A stretch of 63,962 bases of DNA, the filler included, from Olpidium bornovanus S191 (taxonomy: Eukaryota > Fungi > Olpidiomycota): assembly GCA_017911155.1 (NCBI GenBank). It is 31 parts of 31 records of this genome, joined end to end, with 100 filler letters (N's around TTAATTAATTAA, not from the genome) between each part and the next. Parts side by side here need not be neighbours in the genome. Positions count along the whole stretch, not along the records: positions 1 to 1,486 come from JAEFCI010012339.1; positions 1,587 to 2,619 come from JAEFCI010012344.1; positions 2,720 to 3,814 come from JAEFCI010006525.1; positions 3,915 to 7,550 come from JAEFCI010008134.1; positions 7,651 to 10,157 come from JAEFCI010001084.1; positions 10,258 to 12,911 come from JAEFCI010007257.1; 25 more parts are not named here. One strand, 5' to 3'. The notes beneath the pieces are model-generated. The model was not told the DNA's origin. It saw only the letters and a program-made list of their open reading frames with translations, and did no database searches. Positions 1-11,489 of this stretch are shown piece by piece (position 1 is the stretch's first letter; each line of letters opens with the position of its first letter). A program made the translations under genes and the position numbers.

Positions 1-1486
1 CCTCCGCTCGGGATTTTGACCGGGACAAGCCCCGCGCTTCCACAAAATGGCCGGTAAGACCACAGCAGAGAAAAGACGGGGCAGCCGGCGCGCGTCAGGA
101 AACCCGCCCTGCCCGTCCTGCCGCCGCCCGCTTTCGCGGCAGCTTCCGATGGCTCGATCGACGCGGCAGTGGCCAGGCGCCCACCTTCGGGGAAAACGAC
201 GAGCGCGCGCGAGAGAGAGAAGGCGCGAGAGGGAGAGCGAGAGCGAAGCGCGACGAACGCGGCGCCCGGGACGTCCTTCTCTCGTGTGGTTGAGCAGGTT
301 TTCTCTGGAGTGAGAGGGAGCTTCGCGGCCCTGGAGCTCAAAACCCCCGGCCGGAAAAAAAAAAAAAAAAAATCCTTCCCCCGCCGCCCTGCTCTGGCAG
401 ACCAACCTGTCGTTGGGCACGACGACCGACGGCCGTGGAATCCGAGAGGTTGAGGACGGGACGGTGGGCGGGGAGACCGGAGCCGGCAGATGCTCGCCCG
501 CAATTATTTTTTTTTTTTTGGCGCTGTTCCGCCTTCCGGGGTGGGGGGGGGGGCAAAGGGACCCTGGAGAACGCATTTCGCCGTTCAAGTCCCCCCACGT
601 TGGATCCGGCCAAATTACGCTGCTGGCCACAGGCCGGGAAGTCTGGCTGACAGACGAACTTCCTGCGGCGTTCTTTATGGCTCAGTGCCGTTTGAGAAAT
701 ATATAATCCCGGTTCGAAGTCCGACGGGAACGAGCAGCGCGTCTCTCGGGTCGCGCCTTTTCGACTTCCGCAGGAAGCGGCTTGACGACTGTCCCGGGCG
801 GCGCATTTGCGAATTCTGCTGCCGATACACCCCGCCCAAACGAAACCAGCGACGCGTCTCCCTCCCGGCTATCGCGCGTTTTGGAAAAGAATGCGCGAAA
901 GTCCAGGCCGCCCTGTGGTCCGCCGCGCGGACAAAAGGTGCGGCAACTCGTCGACGGAAATTCTTCCGCTTTTTGTTGTTGTTTGGAAACGAGCCGGCGC
1001 GACGCGGCGGTCTCGGACGGGGAAATCGAAGAACTCCGCCTTCGCGGGCCGAGAACGGGATAGCCAAGGCAGGGAAACTCTGGGATGCGGCCGCGTTCTG
1101 CTTTTAGAAACGGTGGGGGAGAAAGCGGGGATAGGGGGGGGGGGAGACGAAAAGAGAACGGTGCGGACAAGCGGCTGCGCCAAACGCCGCGGCGAGTCGC
1201 CTCGCTTGTCTGACCCGGTGAAGTAAGCCGCAACGCGCGCGTCGAGCGCGAGTCGCCTCCTGCGGGGAAGAGAAAGAGCAAAGGCCAATCGGCCTGTTGA
1301 AGGACTGCTTCCCGCGCGGGGTTGGGCCCGAGGATGGCCGGCCCCGCGACCCGCCGGTTATGTACCATGGTTCTCTCTAGCCCTCCTTTGGAATTTGGCG
1401 GGCGTCAGCGCCGTTTGCGCACGCGTTGTTGGGTTGCGTCGGGCCGGGTGCCACCTTGGGGCTCCTCCCGCAGGCAAAAAAAAAAA

Positions 1487-1586
1487 NNNNNNNNNNNNNN
1501 NNNNNNNNNNNNNNNNNNNNNNNNNNNNNNTTAATTAATTAANNNNNNNNNNNNNNNNNNNNNNNNNNNNNNNNNNNNNNNNNNNN
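1487..1586. other. Artificial contig linker (first of 30 identical 100-nt linkers): 44 N + TTAATTAATTAA + 44 N
   Basis: The same structure recurs throughout the window (e.g. 2620-2719, 3815-3914, 62646-62745). The 12-mer gives stop codons in all six frames. Confidence 0.99.
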
Positions 1587-2730
1587 AGAAGGCGGTTCAA
1601 ATTGATGGTGCACAATCTACACAATCGAGAATTGTCGGAAATCGAGACACTCTCTAAATCACGGCACCGTCGCGAATGCAACCTGCCACACGCGCGGTCC
1701 AAAGGGAGTAATTTATATTTATAATAGAATTGATTCCGCATCAATTCCCAGCGCGCGACCCGATGCGACCGATCAATCGCTGACAACGCGCCGTCCTTGC
1801 GGCACATGCCGCCCAGTCTTGCGCACGCCGCAACGCCGCAGCTGGTTCCTGTCGATAGAGCGGGCGCTGCGCCCGTACGCGCTCGGGACGTTCGTCCTCT
1901 TGCTTTCAGCACGACGTTCTCTTCTGTGCTTTTTGAACACGGCCGCGGCAGGCTCCAAGGTGTTATCCGGGCCGTCCTTTGTTGAGTCATTTCCGACAAT
2001 CCTCCGGTTGTTATGCTCGCCCCCTTTTTTTCTCTCGTACGGCGGGCGGGCGGCGCGGTGCGTGGGCGTGCAAGAGAGGGCGCGCGTGCTTTTCACTGGC
2101 AGCTGCAGACTCATAATATGGTACTTTTCGAAAGTATACATATGAGTTTATAGAAATTATATATATTATACATAGATTATATTATCGGACTTGTACTCTA
2201 TACCATATCATAATCAAATCGAACCAATGAGCTTTGCCGAATGGTCTCTTGTTTTCCCCTTCTCATATTCCTCGCTTTTTTCTTTGGAAAAAGAATTTTT
2301 CCTTCCCCTGCTTCAAACATTTCGATCCTTGCCAGTTGATCGCGCCGTCCAATAATATCGCCTTGAATTGCGTTGGCGTTGTCGAATTGCTCGACCAGCA
2401 GGGGATTGCAGGAGATCGACGGAGGGCAGGGTTACCTGGGTTTCGGGCTCGCAGGGAGCGCGAGACGGTTGTAGCTGACCGGGGCACGTCACTTCACTCC
2501 TGGCTACTTCCGAATCAATAACGCCGCGACGATCGAAGCCGTGGGCCGAAGGCAAACCGGGAACAAACGAATCAACGTGGAAACGATGCCCGCGCGGCGG
2601 CCGACGCTGCCGAGCAGGGNNNNNNNNNNNNNNNNNNNNNNNNNNNNNNNNNNNNNNNNNNNNTTAATTAATTAANNNNNNNNNNNNNNNNNNNNNNNNN
2701 NNNNNNNNNNNNNNNNNNNCCGGCGGGGGG

Positions 2731-2764
<34 letters not shown>

Positions 2765-2810
2765 CCGGCGTGAGAGCATATACACCACCAACGCGGCACC
2801 AAACAAAAAA

Positions 2811-2863
<53 letters not shown>

Positions 2864-2993
2864 CCCCGCGCCCCCCCCCCCCCCCCCCCCCCGCTTCTGC
2901 CTTTCCTCCTCTTCCGACTAACGGGAAGCGAGCGAGAACACCGGGCCCGCGCTGAAAAAAGATGGCTGAAAATTTTTTTTTTCTTTTCTCTAG

Positions 2994-3814
2994 AGCGGAC
3001 GTTCCGTGGCGTCTTTTCGCACCACCAAACCTGCCGTCAGCGGCGACGCGATGCTGAGCGCGGTACAGCTGTCGAAGGAAGGGGCGACCAAAGAAGTGAA
3101 GGGGAAAAACGCCGGAGAAGGACCCGCAGGACGGGGACAGGCCGCCGAAGACACGACAGGGCCGAGGGACAAGGGCCAGGTGAAGCACGCGCGGGTAAAG
3201 AGAACCTACCTTCCGGACGCGGGCTGAAACGCGCGCGTTATTATTATTTTTATTATTGCGTTTTGTTGTTGATGTTGTCGTTGTTGTTGTTGTTGTTGAT
3301 CGAGCAGCGGAACGCAACGCGGCCGTAACTTTCTTTTCTCAACTCCCCCCCCCCCCCGGGAAAACTAAGCACCTCGATTCCAAAGGAAAGCACGAGGCCC
3401 GCAAGCAACTTCGCGCCGAGCGGGCCGCGCAGTGGAAGCAGCTGTTGAATTCCAAGCCCGACGAGCACTACGAAGACCCCAAAGACGTGGCGGCGATCCG
3501 TTACGCGGAGACCCACATGGGCGACTACAAGCTCAAGTCGGGCGCCAACTACATCGTCCCCGAGAGCGAGCGGGTCGACGCCGACAAGAAGAACCGTCAG
3601 CTGGTGCTGCTGCACGTCAGCCTGCTTGATCTGAAAGAGGTGTGCACGGGAAAAAGGGGGGGGGCGGGAGGGAGGATGACGTTTGGTCAGCATTGCATGG
3701 GCGGGCTTATATTTGGCCGGTACTGAGATCTCGTCGACGCCCAACCTGCAACAACAACGACCACGACGGGGGCGTCTCTGCACCCAAAAAGCATTTCAAC
3801 GTCAACGTTCTGAA
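2994..3814 (+). CDS. CFAP44: Cilia- and flagella-associated protein 44 (WDR52), internal coiled-coil fragment, spliced
   Basis: Exon ~3361-3639 reads KPDEHYEDPKDVAAIRYAETHMGDYKLKSGANYIVPESERVDADKK, matching the CFAP44 motif YEDPKDVxAI...MGDYKLK..PDY.VPE. GT donor at 3640. Last exon HFNVNVL runs to the contig end. Confidence 0.85.
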
Positions 3815-3914
3815 NNNNNNNNNNNNNNNNNNNNNNNNNNNNNNNNNNNNNNNNNNNNTTAATTAATTAANNNNNNNNNNNNNNNNNNNNNNNNNNNNNN
3901 NNNNNNNNNNNNNN

Positions 3915-6486
3915 CATGAAGGCGCTTCTTCCTCCCGCTTACCGCCCTCGCTGTCGCTCATTTCCAGGGCCGCGCGCCTCATCAGAATGTGCATCACATC
4001 GTCCTGTTTCCGGTCGCCCGTCTTTGGTGTGAGCATTCGCTCGTCCGCTTTCTTGAGTTTAAACTACAGCAAAACAAAAAAAATGTTGAGAAGTCAGCGG
4101 ATTCGCCCGAGAAGCTCCATCTCGCGGGCTCCATTAGCACGCAAGAAGCAGAATGCGAACGAAAAAGGCAGCAAAAACCGAAGCTCCCGGCCCGCTTGCA
4201 CAGCGATGACTGCTCGCGCTAACTGCAAAAAAAAAGAAGAAAAGAAAAATTGAATTGCCGGAACCCACTTGTCCACCTCTGATGCTGCTCAGCAAGTTGT
4301 TGCGGCCGTCAGCTGGCGGCTGGGGTGACGGGGCGGTGGACACCTTGACCGCCGACGGCGCGCCGGAAGGCGGCGCCGGGGGACGCAATGCGCCTGACGG
4401 GGGCGGGGGTGGGGGGGGGACTCCCATGCTCGATGGCGGAGGTGACGGCGGCACCGGGGCCCCTGCAAACGCCGGCGGCAGAGGCGGAGGGGGTGGCACC
4501 CCTGTGACAGTCGGCGGCCTTGGGGTCGGAGGCGGCGGCGGCGGCGGCGGCGGCGGCGCACCAATTATGGACGGCTGCGGAGGGGCCCGTTGCAGTGCGG
4601 CCGCACCGGGGGGTAAAGGCGGAGGCGGAGGGGCGCCAAATCCTGGAGCTGGAGGGGGCGGGGGGACACCAAATCCTGCCGTTGGCGTTCTCGGCGGAGC
4701 GCCAGGTGCTGGAGGCGGGGGCGGCGGTGGAACACCCAGCGACGGGGCAGGCGGCGGAGCGCCAAATACCGGAGGAGGGGGAGGCGGCGGGGCAGCGAAC
4801 GACGGGGGAGGTGGCGGAGCGCCGAATGCTGGAAAAGGAGGAGGCGGTGGAACAGCAAACGACGAGAGAGGCGGCGGAGCGCCAAATGCGGGAGGAAGGG
4901 GGGGCGGCGGAGCAGCGAACGGCGTGAGAGGCGGAGGGGCAGCAAACAACGTGGAAGGTGGTGGAGCGCCAAATGCTGGATGATGCGGCGGCGGCGGAGC
5001 AGCAAAAGGGGGCGGCGGCGGAACGCCAAATCCCGAGGGAACCGGAGGTGGCTGAGCGCCGAGCACCGGCGCGGGGGACGGCAGCGGAGAGGCGGATCTC
5101 AGGAGCTGGGGCGGGGGTCCGACAGCCGTTGTCGTCGGCTGCTGCGGCGCCACGGTCGCAGGGGCCGCGGCATTTTGGATTTGGGCGAGCCCATGCGGCG
5201 GAGGCGGTGCTGCCGCAAGGGTCAGAGCGGCAGCCGCGCCGTCCAATGGCCCGGGTACGACCTCCCACGGCGACATTGGACTCAATCCCTGCGGGGCCCG
5301 GGTGGCTGCATGGTCGGCCGGTGACAGTCCTTGGCACGAGCTCTCGGTCGAGATGACAACGGCGCTGGACGCCCCGGGTTCATTCAACATCTCCTGCGAC
5401 TTGGCCAATGCGGCCATCTCGTCCGTAGAGCTCGTTATGATCACTTCGCCGGCGGAATTGTAGCGCTTGACAGTGACGGCTTTAACCTTCCTGAGTTTCT
5501 TCGGCCGGTTTTTCTATTCCGAACCCCGCCAAAATGACGCGTCAGCCCAAGCGGACAAGAGCTACCTGAATCAACATTTCTCGTACCCTGTTCGCCTTCT
5601 TGTCTTCCTTTCGCTGTTTGCGCAGCGCCTCTTCTTCTTTAATCATCAGCATCTTCCACTGCTCGACAAAGAACTCCGGATACGAGTAGAACTGAAACCG
5701 TTTAAACACACATTTCAAATGTCGTCCCCGGGACACTCGTGTGTTAAATGTGGGCGAGACGACGTGATTGCGGACACCGCGAACAGGCGATGAATTGGAC
5801 ACGAACCCTCATACAAGAATTTCCGTCTTCCCGGAAGGCACTGAGCAGATCCAGGTCGGGAGGCTTCTCGCATGTTTCGTTGTACAAGGTCATCACAACT
5901 GGATTTGCGGTGGACCTCGCAAACGTCGTAAACGAAATATCGTACTTGGCCCGCCAAGCCATGCCTGCACAAACGAGACGCCCGGAATGCGCGGTGAGAG
6001 GCGCTAGTGACACCTGAGCCTTGGTCTGTGCCCGATGGCCAACTCACGCTCTGCGGGAAGCTCGTTTGTGGTTATGCCGCGCTGGATCGACGCTTCGACG
6101 CCTGGTATGGCTTGCTCGAGCTGCGTTACCCGGGCCCCCAGGTTATTGAGACGCGTCACTGTGCCAGTGCAGATCATGGCAAGGTCTTCAAGAAATTTGG
6201 GATTTTGCACAGAAGGGACAAGTTATAGACACGTGAACAACGTGTGAACAAGTTTTCGTTTACACGAAAAGAACCGGAGCGTGCAACACCCACCTTGGAA
6301 TATCTCCCCCGAAACCTTGGACAGCTGGCTGAGCTGATCGATGACTCTGGTGAGCTGGAGCAGCGATGTGGCATGCATGACCTCTCCCGGCGAATCGCCT
6401 GCCAGCGCATGGTCAGGACCCTCGCCGAGGTAGTGCGGTATGTGCGCCGAGACGGGCGCCTGTATGTTCCTAGTTGTGAGCGGCAT
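3915..6486 (-). CDS. SCAR: SCAR/WAVE actin nucleation-promoting factor, multi-exon, nearly complete
   Basis: ATG at 6486 (MPLTTRNIQAP). SCAR homology domain TSLLQLTRVIDQLSQLSKVSGEIFQ, CEKPPDLDLLSAFREDG, FYSYPEFFVEQWK, followed by a basic region and a long proline-rich region. WH2 DGRNNLLSSIRGGQ|FKLKK is split by an intron. Central/acidic segment DDVMHILMRRAALEMSDSEG. Confidence 0.93.
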
Positions 6487-6791
6487 CGATGGGTCGGGAG
6501 AGGGGGGAGCGGCAGCGGGCTCGCTTGCCGACTGGGTCCGGGAGACTCTTGTTGCGGCAGGCGGGCGGCGGTCGGTGTTTCCGAGAGCCCGCGGAGGAGG
6601 GCGGCGGCCGGTGCGCGGGGCGTGGTCGGACGGATGGGCGGAGAGGAGGACGGATGGCGGGCGACCGGATGGGGGAGGGAAGAGGAGCGGGTGTGGCGTG
6701 GGTGGGGTGGGCGCGCGCGGTTTTTTTTCTTTTTTTTTTTTTTTTTTTTTTTTTTTTCCCCCCAAAACGGGTTTTTTTTTTAAGGGGGGGG

Positions 6792-6837
<46 letters not shown>

Positions 6838-8364
6838 AACCGCGCAACCGTATGAACCAGGCCTTCGCTTCCAAGGAAGCCCAGGCTGCCCGGCACCCGA
6901 CGAAGAGATACACATCCCCTGGGCGGCGATCTCCCGCTGCGATCACCTGTGCTACCTTTGAGAGGCGAGCATGACATCATCCGACGCCGGGTCCCCGATG
7001 TCTGCGACATCTCCGGCACGCGGCGGCGCCTCGCGGGAACTAGCACGCCCCTCCCGCCTGCGCGACGCAGACCCGCTCCCCCTCGGAGTCCCAATCAATC
7101 GTAAGGCCGAAGGCGTGTCATGAGCGGAGCGTCAGAACTTGTGTCACCGAGATGTGCGTCAGCGAAGGTCTGGTCTGGCCGAAGTCAGCCCGACCACCAG
7201 GGGGTTATCAGAAACGTTGGCAGGCGGGTGCGGGACATTAAAATTGCCGGCGTTGCGGCTGAGCCGGGGTCGCGTTTAACAAGAAGGTCACAAGACCCTA
7301 TCCTCCCTGTCTTGGCTCATGGCAGGCTGAGCCGGTCGGGGTGAAAAGATTTCGGCGTGGGCACACGGCCTTTCGAAATTCAAAAAACAGTTCGAAATTT
7401 GGCAATCAGAACTACCGAACGTGTTAATGCGGCTTTTCTCCACAGACCCTAAGCCGTTGTAGAGACTCGTGTGTACAACTGTCGGAATCCAAGGTAGTCG
7501 TTGCGAGATGGGGTACGTCACATAAGACGGCTTGATTGACTGCGTGCATGNNNNNNNNNNNNNNNNNNNNNNNNNNNNNNNNNNNNNNNNNNNNTTAATT
7601 AATTAANNNNNNNNNNNNNNNNNNNNNNNNNNNNNNNNNNNNNNNNNNNNCGGAATGGGAAACATAATCGCAAAAGAACGAAAAGAACAGGAAAAAGGGG
7701 GAAATTCTGGGCATTGCCGACTTACGGTTCCCGTCTGACTGTCTTTGCGACGGCGGGGATCGTTGGGCATGACTTGGATGAGACTTGGAGTAGATTCCGT
7801 TGCTCAGAGGGAGGCGAGACCGCGGGAGCGGTGATCCCATGTGCCGAGAACAAAACAAAAAGCCCGTGGGCCTTGTGATGCTTGGAAAAAAACAATAGTG
7901 ACGCCACACCGCCGTCCGTCGGAGAACTCTCTCCTCCCCCTTTCCAGCAGCGAGAGACGACGGTCTTCCGAGGGGAAGGGGAGGGAAGGGTGCGCGCCTG
8001 TAAACGTTTCGGCGTTCGCGCGGTAGGCCGACCGGGTGCTGGAAGGTGCAACCCGAAGGTGACGCGCCCAGGGCCGGGGAAGTGCGTGTGTTGTGCGTGT
8101 GTTGTGCGTGTGCGTGTGAAGGGGAGTTGCCGCGCGTCTTCGCGGTTTGTTTGTTTGTTTGTTTTTTTTTTTTTTTTTTTTTTTTTTTTCTTTTCTGCCG
8201 CGCGCTCGTCACCTGTTTGGGCTTTTGACGGCGGGGGAGGCTTTAAAGAACCGTTATGCGCGTTTTTCGACAGTGACACTCGCCGTTTTGACAGAGTCAC
8301 GCCCCGCCGGAAAGAAGCGTCCTTTTTTTTATTCTCTCTCTCTCTCTCGTTTTTTGCCTCCGGC

Positions 8365-8827
8365 ATGAGAAAGGCCCACGCTCCGTCGCGACGTCTTCCG
8401 GCGGTCCCCGACAGCAGGGAGGTGTGCGGCGCGCCCGCCGCCGCCGCCGCCGCCGCCGCCGGCGAGACCGAACCGAAAGCGGCGTTTCCAAAGTTCCGCT
8501 CGCCGCTGCCGGAGTTTCGGAGTCCCCTCGCGGGCAGGGCCGGCGCGGGCGGCGCCGGGACGAGGCCGGACGCCTCTTCGTCGTCTGCGCCGTCGCCCGT
8601 CGCCAAAAAACCGAAGGTCTCGGACGAAGGCGCCGGCGCGCCGCGCTCCCGCTCCGCGCCGAGCGCGAACGCGGGGCCGGACGCGGTTCCGGTGGCGGGA
8701 CGACCGCATGGCCGTGCCGTGCCCTTTGATGCCGCAGCAGACTCGCCGGGTTCCGGGGAGAAGCAGCCGGCGTGCTACAACGTTATGTGGTGGGGGTCTG
8801 AATCGGTTTCGTTGAGGGCGATCGAGC

Positions 8828-8859
<32 letters not shown>

Positions 8860-10088
8860 TTAAAAATCGTTCCCGGTTGAAAAAAAAACACACGCTGTAG
8901 GCGCAAGCCTTCGAAAAAAAAGGTGAAAGATCATTCGGTCACAGTCAATTAATGAGTGTGAAGACTGAGTGATGTCAATGTTCACTTTTTTGGACTGCGT
9001 TTTGGGTTCCAGCATAAATCATGGGATGGTGATGGTGCGTAGACACAGCAAAGCGCATATATGCACTTAGCGGCCAGGGTGCATTGAGTTGACCGGCATC
9101 ATCATTAGGGATACTCGTCGTTTGCGGAAAACGCTGCGTCCTTTACAACAAAGACGGCTCTCAGTGCGTTTTTGTCTATTAAACTTTGCGGGCGGCGTGG
9201 CCGTTTTTCTACTTACCGCCAGTCCGTGGAAATCTACAGAATTGGCCCTTCAGCCCCTGTTAAATTTGAGTCCTTGTCTGTACGTCCGCTGCGTTTGCGA
9301 TGTCAATGGGAGATGGGATTCTCAAAGCTATTTCTTTCTTAAAGGAGGGTGATCTCATTGTAGTGGGGGCCAAAGAGGTCGAAGTAAGCGTTGAAGTTCG
9401 TTCCGAGAGAATGCTCGTTGTTTGGAGCGAGTTTGACCGTACCTGGCACGATGAAGGTTGACCGTATCTGGCACGATGAAGGTGGATTGCAAGTTCGACA
9501 CTTCGTTGTATACATCCGGCCGGTGTTTTATGGCGTCGCTGCCCTCGTTAGGTATGTGTCGCGGTGTGTCATCGCCAGAAGTGTCACGTGATTTTCTCAG
9601 TTTCGATTTTTTATAGTTGCCCCAGCTCCGCGAACCCCGTACTCGAAGTTCAAGCTGGATTCTGGCCTTGCTGGAGCTAGCGGGGCCGTGCGAGTGAAAC
9701 CTGTCGTCGCGATTCCGAGACATAACCCTGACGCCGAAAACGCCTTGATTATGCCCAAGCCCTCAGCTGCACACGAGCTTCTCTGGAACAAAAAGTGGGT
9801 GTTGGTGGCGCTACATTGCGAGTTGCAGAATGCACATGATCCCTGATTGACGACGGGGCGCCGCACAGGAAGCGACCCGTCACCGATGTGATTATCGACC
9901 CAATACTTTGTGTTCACCTTCGCCCTCACCAACGTGAAGGCGTAAAGGTTTGTTTGGGTTCCGCGCGCTTGATCTGCAAAAATGCGACGGTGGTCCCTTA
10001 CATCACCGCCCCCGGGAAAGTTCTTGTATGAGTGCGTCATGGGATACAAGGAGTATGACGGTTGCGGCGCCATCCTTGCAGACGAGAT
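8365..10088 (+). CDS. RDH54: RDH54/RAD54B-like SWI2/SNF2 translocase, 5' part, spliced
   Basis: Start MRKAHAPSRR. Spliced YNVMW|RKPSKK|HKSWDGD; LIVVGAKEVE|VDCKFDTSLYTSGRCF; PRHNPDAENALIMPKPSAAHELLWNK; DVIIDPILCVHLRPHQREGVK|FLYECVMGYKEYDGCGAILADEM. Confidence 0.92.
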
Positions 10089-10257
10089 GTACGTTGCGTT
10101 TTGAGACTTGCGGAATGCCAACGTCCGTCGTACAAGTTTTGCTGAGCCCCTGTTCGCNNNNNNNNNNNNNNNNNNNNNNNNNNNNNNNNNNNNNNNNNNN
10201 NTTAATTAATTAANNNNNNNNNNNNNNNNNNNNNNNNNNNNNNNNNNNNNNNNNNNN

Positions 10258-10823
10258 CATGCGGCTCGACCCGATCACCTGGGTCGTCGCCCTGGACAGC
10301 AAGGTAAGACATATATGTCGGCTTGTGCGGCACAGGCCCATTCCCCTGGCTCACAGGGGAACTCGGGCTCGTCGAGACCTCTGCCGTTTTTAACATTTTC
10401 CGGTTTTGAATTATTTTTTTTTCCGCCATTCCCCCCCATTTCGGCCCCCTTTCCTCATAAAATCCCTCCCACCGTCCTCCGGCACAGGGCTGGGCGCGGG
10501 GCGAGCTGTACCTGGACGACGGCGAGACATTTGCGTACAAGCGGGGAGAGTCGGTGCACGTCGTCGTGACCTTCTCGGGAGGGGCAACGTTCCGGTCCGC
10601 GCCTTCCGCGGCGACATCTCCCCCGCCCGCCGCGCTCGCAGCGGTCCGCGTCGAGCGGCTGGTGGTCATCGGCCTGGACAGCCGGCTCCGCAAGGCGGTG
10701 CTGAAATCGGCGGCGGGCCCCAAGCGCGAGCTGGAGGTCACCCGGGATTACGGCGGCGACGCGGCGGTCGTGAAAGACCCCCGGGTGTGGGTTGGAGAGG
10801 AGTTCGAGATAAACTTCACGTGA
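10258..10823 (+). CDS. ROT2: GH31 alpha-glucosidase, probably glucosidase II alpha subunit, C-terminus
   Basis: MRLDPITWVVALDSK|GWARGELYLDDGETFAYKRG...VERLVVIG...VKDPRVWVGEEFEINFT*. GT-AG intron ~10303-10485. Confidence 0.8.
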
Positions 10824-11489
10824 CAGAACGACATTTTTCCCGGGACGGGGGGTTTTTTTTTCCATAACCCTGCCTCGCCGTGGGCCGGAGAGAGATGATC
10901 CAGATCGAATCTACTCCGCCCCTCCGCTCCGGCTGGTGCATGATTTAAACGCAAAAAAAGGCAACTATGAACAAATATGGGTTTCAGGCTTCTGTTTTTT
11001 TCAAAAGTTGTGAGGGAGGGGGAGAAGCCGTCGGTTGACGGGCCCTTGCGCGAGATAGGGCGCCCGGATCTTCTGCCGCAAATCAGCGTCCACGGGGTGA
11101 GCAGGAGGGTGGGGGCGGGGGGCGCGTCACGACACAGCGCGTGCCAGGCGCTGGGGCGCACAAAACATGGACAAAGGCCATGATAAAAAAGAAAAAGAAA
11201 GAAAAAAAAAACCGGGGTTTATTTCCGCAGCGCTTTCTCGGGCCCGCCGACCCGAGCTGATGGCGCGCTCGCTGAGCAGTGGAGTGGAAGACACAAAAGC
11301 CCCTGGAAGAGACGGGCGGCGGGGCGGAGGGGGTGGGGTGGAGTGGGGTGGAGGAAGCGGCTTGCAAAGGAGACACACGGACGGATGCCGGCGCGGCGAC
11401 CGATTGGCCGAAACGCGGTGGGAGGAAAAGGGGTATGGGAGGGACGAGACCATGGGGAAGGGAGAAGGAATCAAAAAGTACACAGATGA

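Noticed and set aside
47-1368. Several overlapping ORFs in contig 1
   Set aside because: No recognisable motif and no frame clearly preferred; GC-rich sequence gives long chance ORFs.
1531-1542. Regularly recurring TTAATTAATTAA as a biological repeat or CRISPR-like array
   Set aside because: Always embedded in exactly 44+44 N; it is a synthetic linker.
1587-1760. Protein-like minus-strand stretch RWELMRNQFYYKYKLLPLDRACG
   Set aside because: May be a real exon, but it cannot be assigned or delimited.
4255-4983. Gly-rich collagen-like 242-aa ORF on plus
   Set aside because: Antisense shadow of the WAVE proline-rich exon.
9721-9735. Suspected frameshift in RDH54 at PRHNP
   Set aside because: On re-reading, CAT AAC CCT GAC is in frame.
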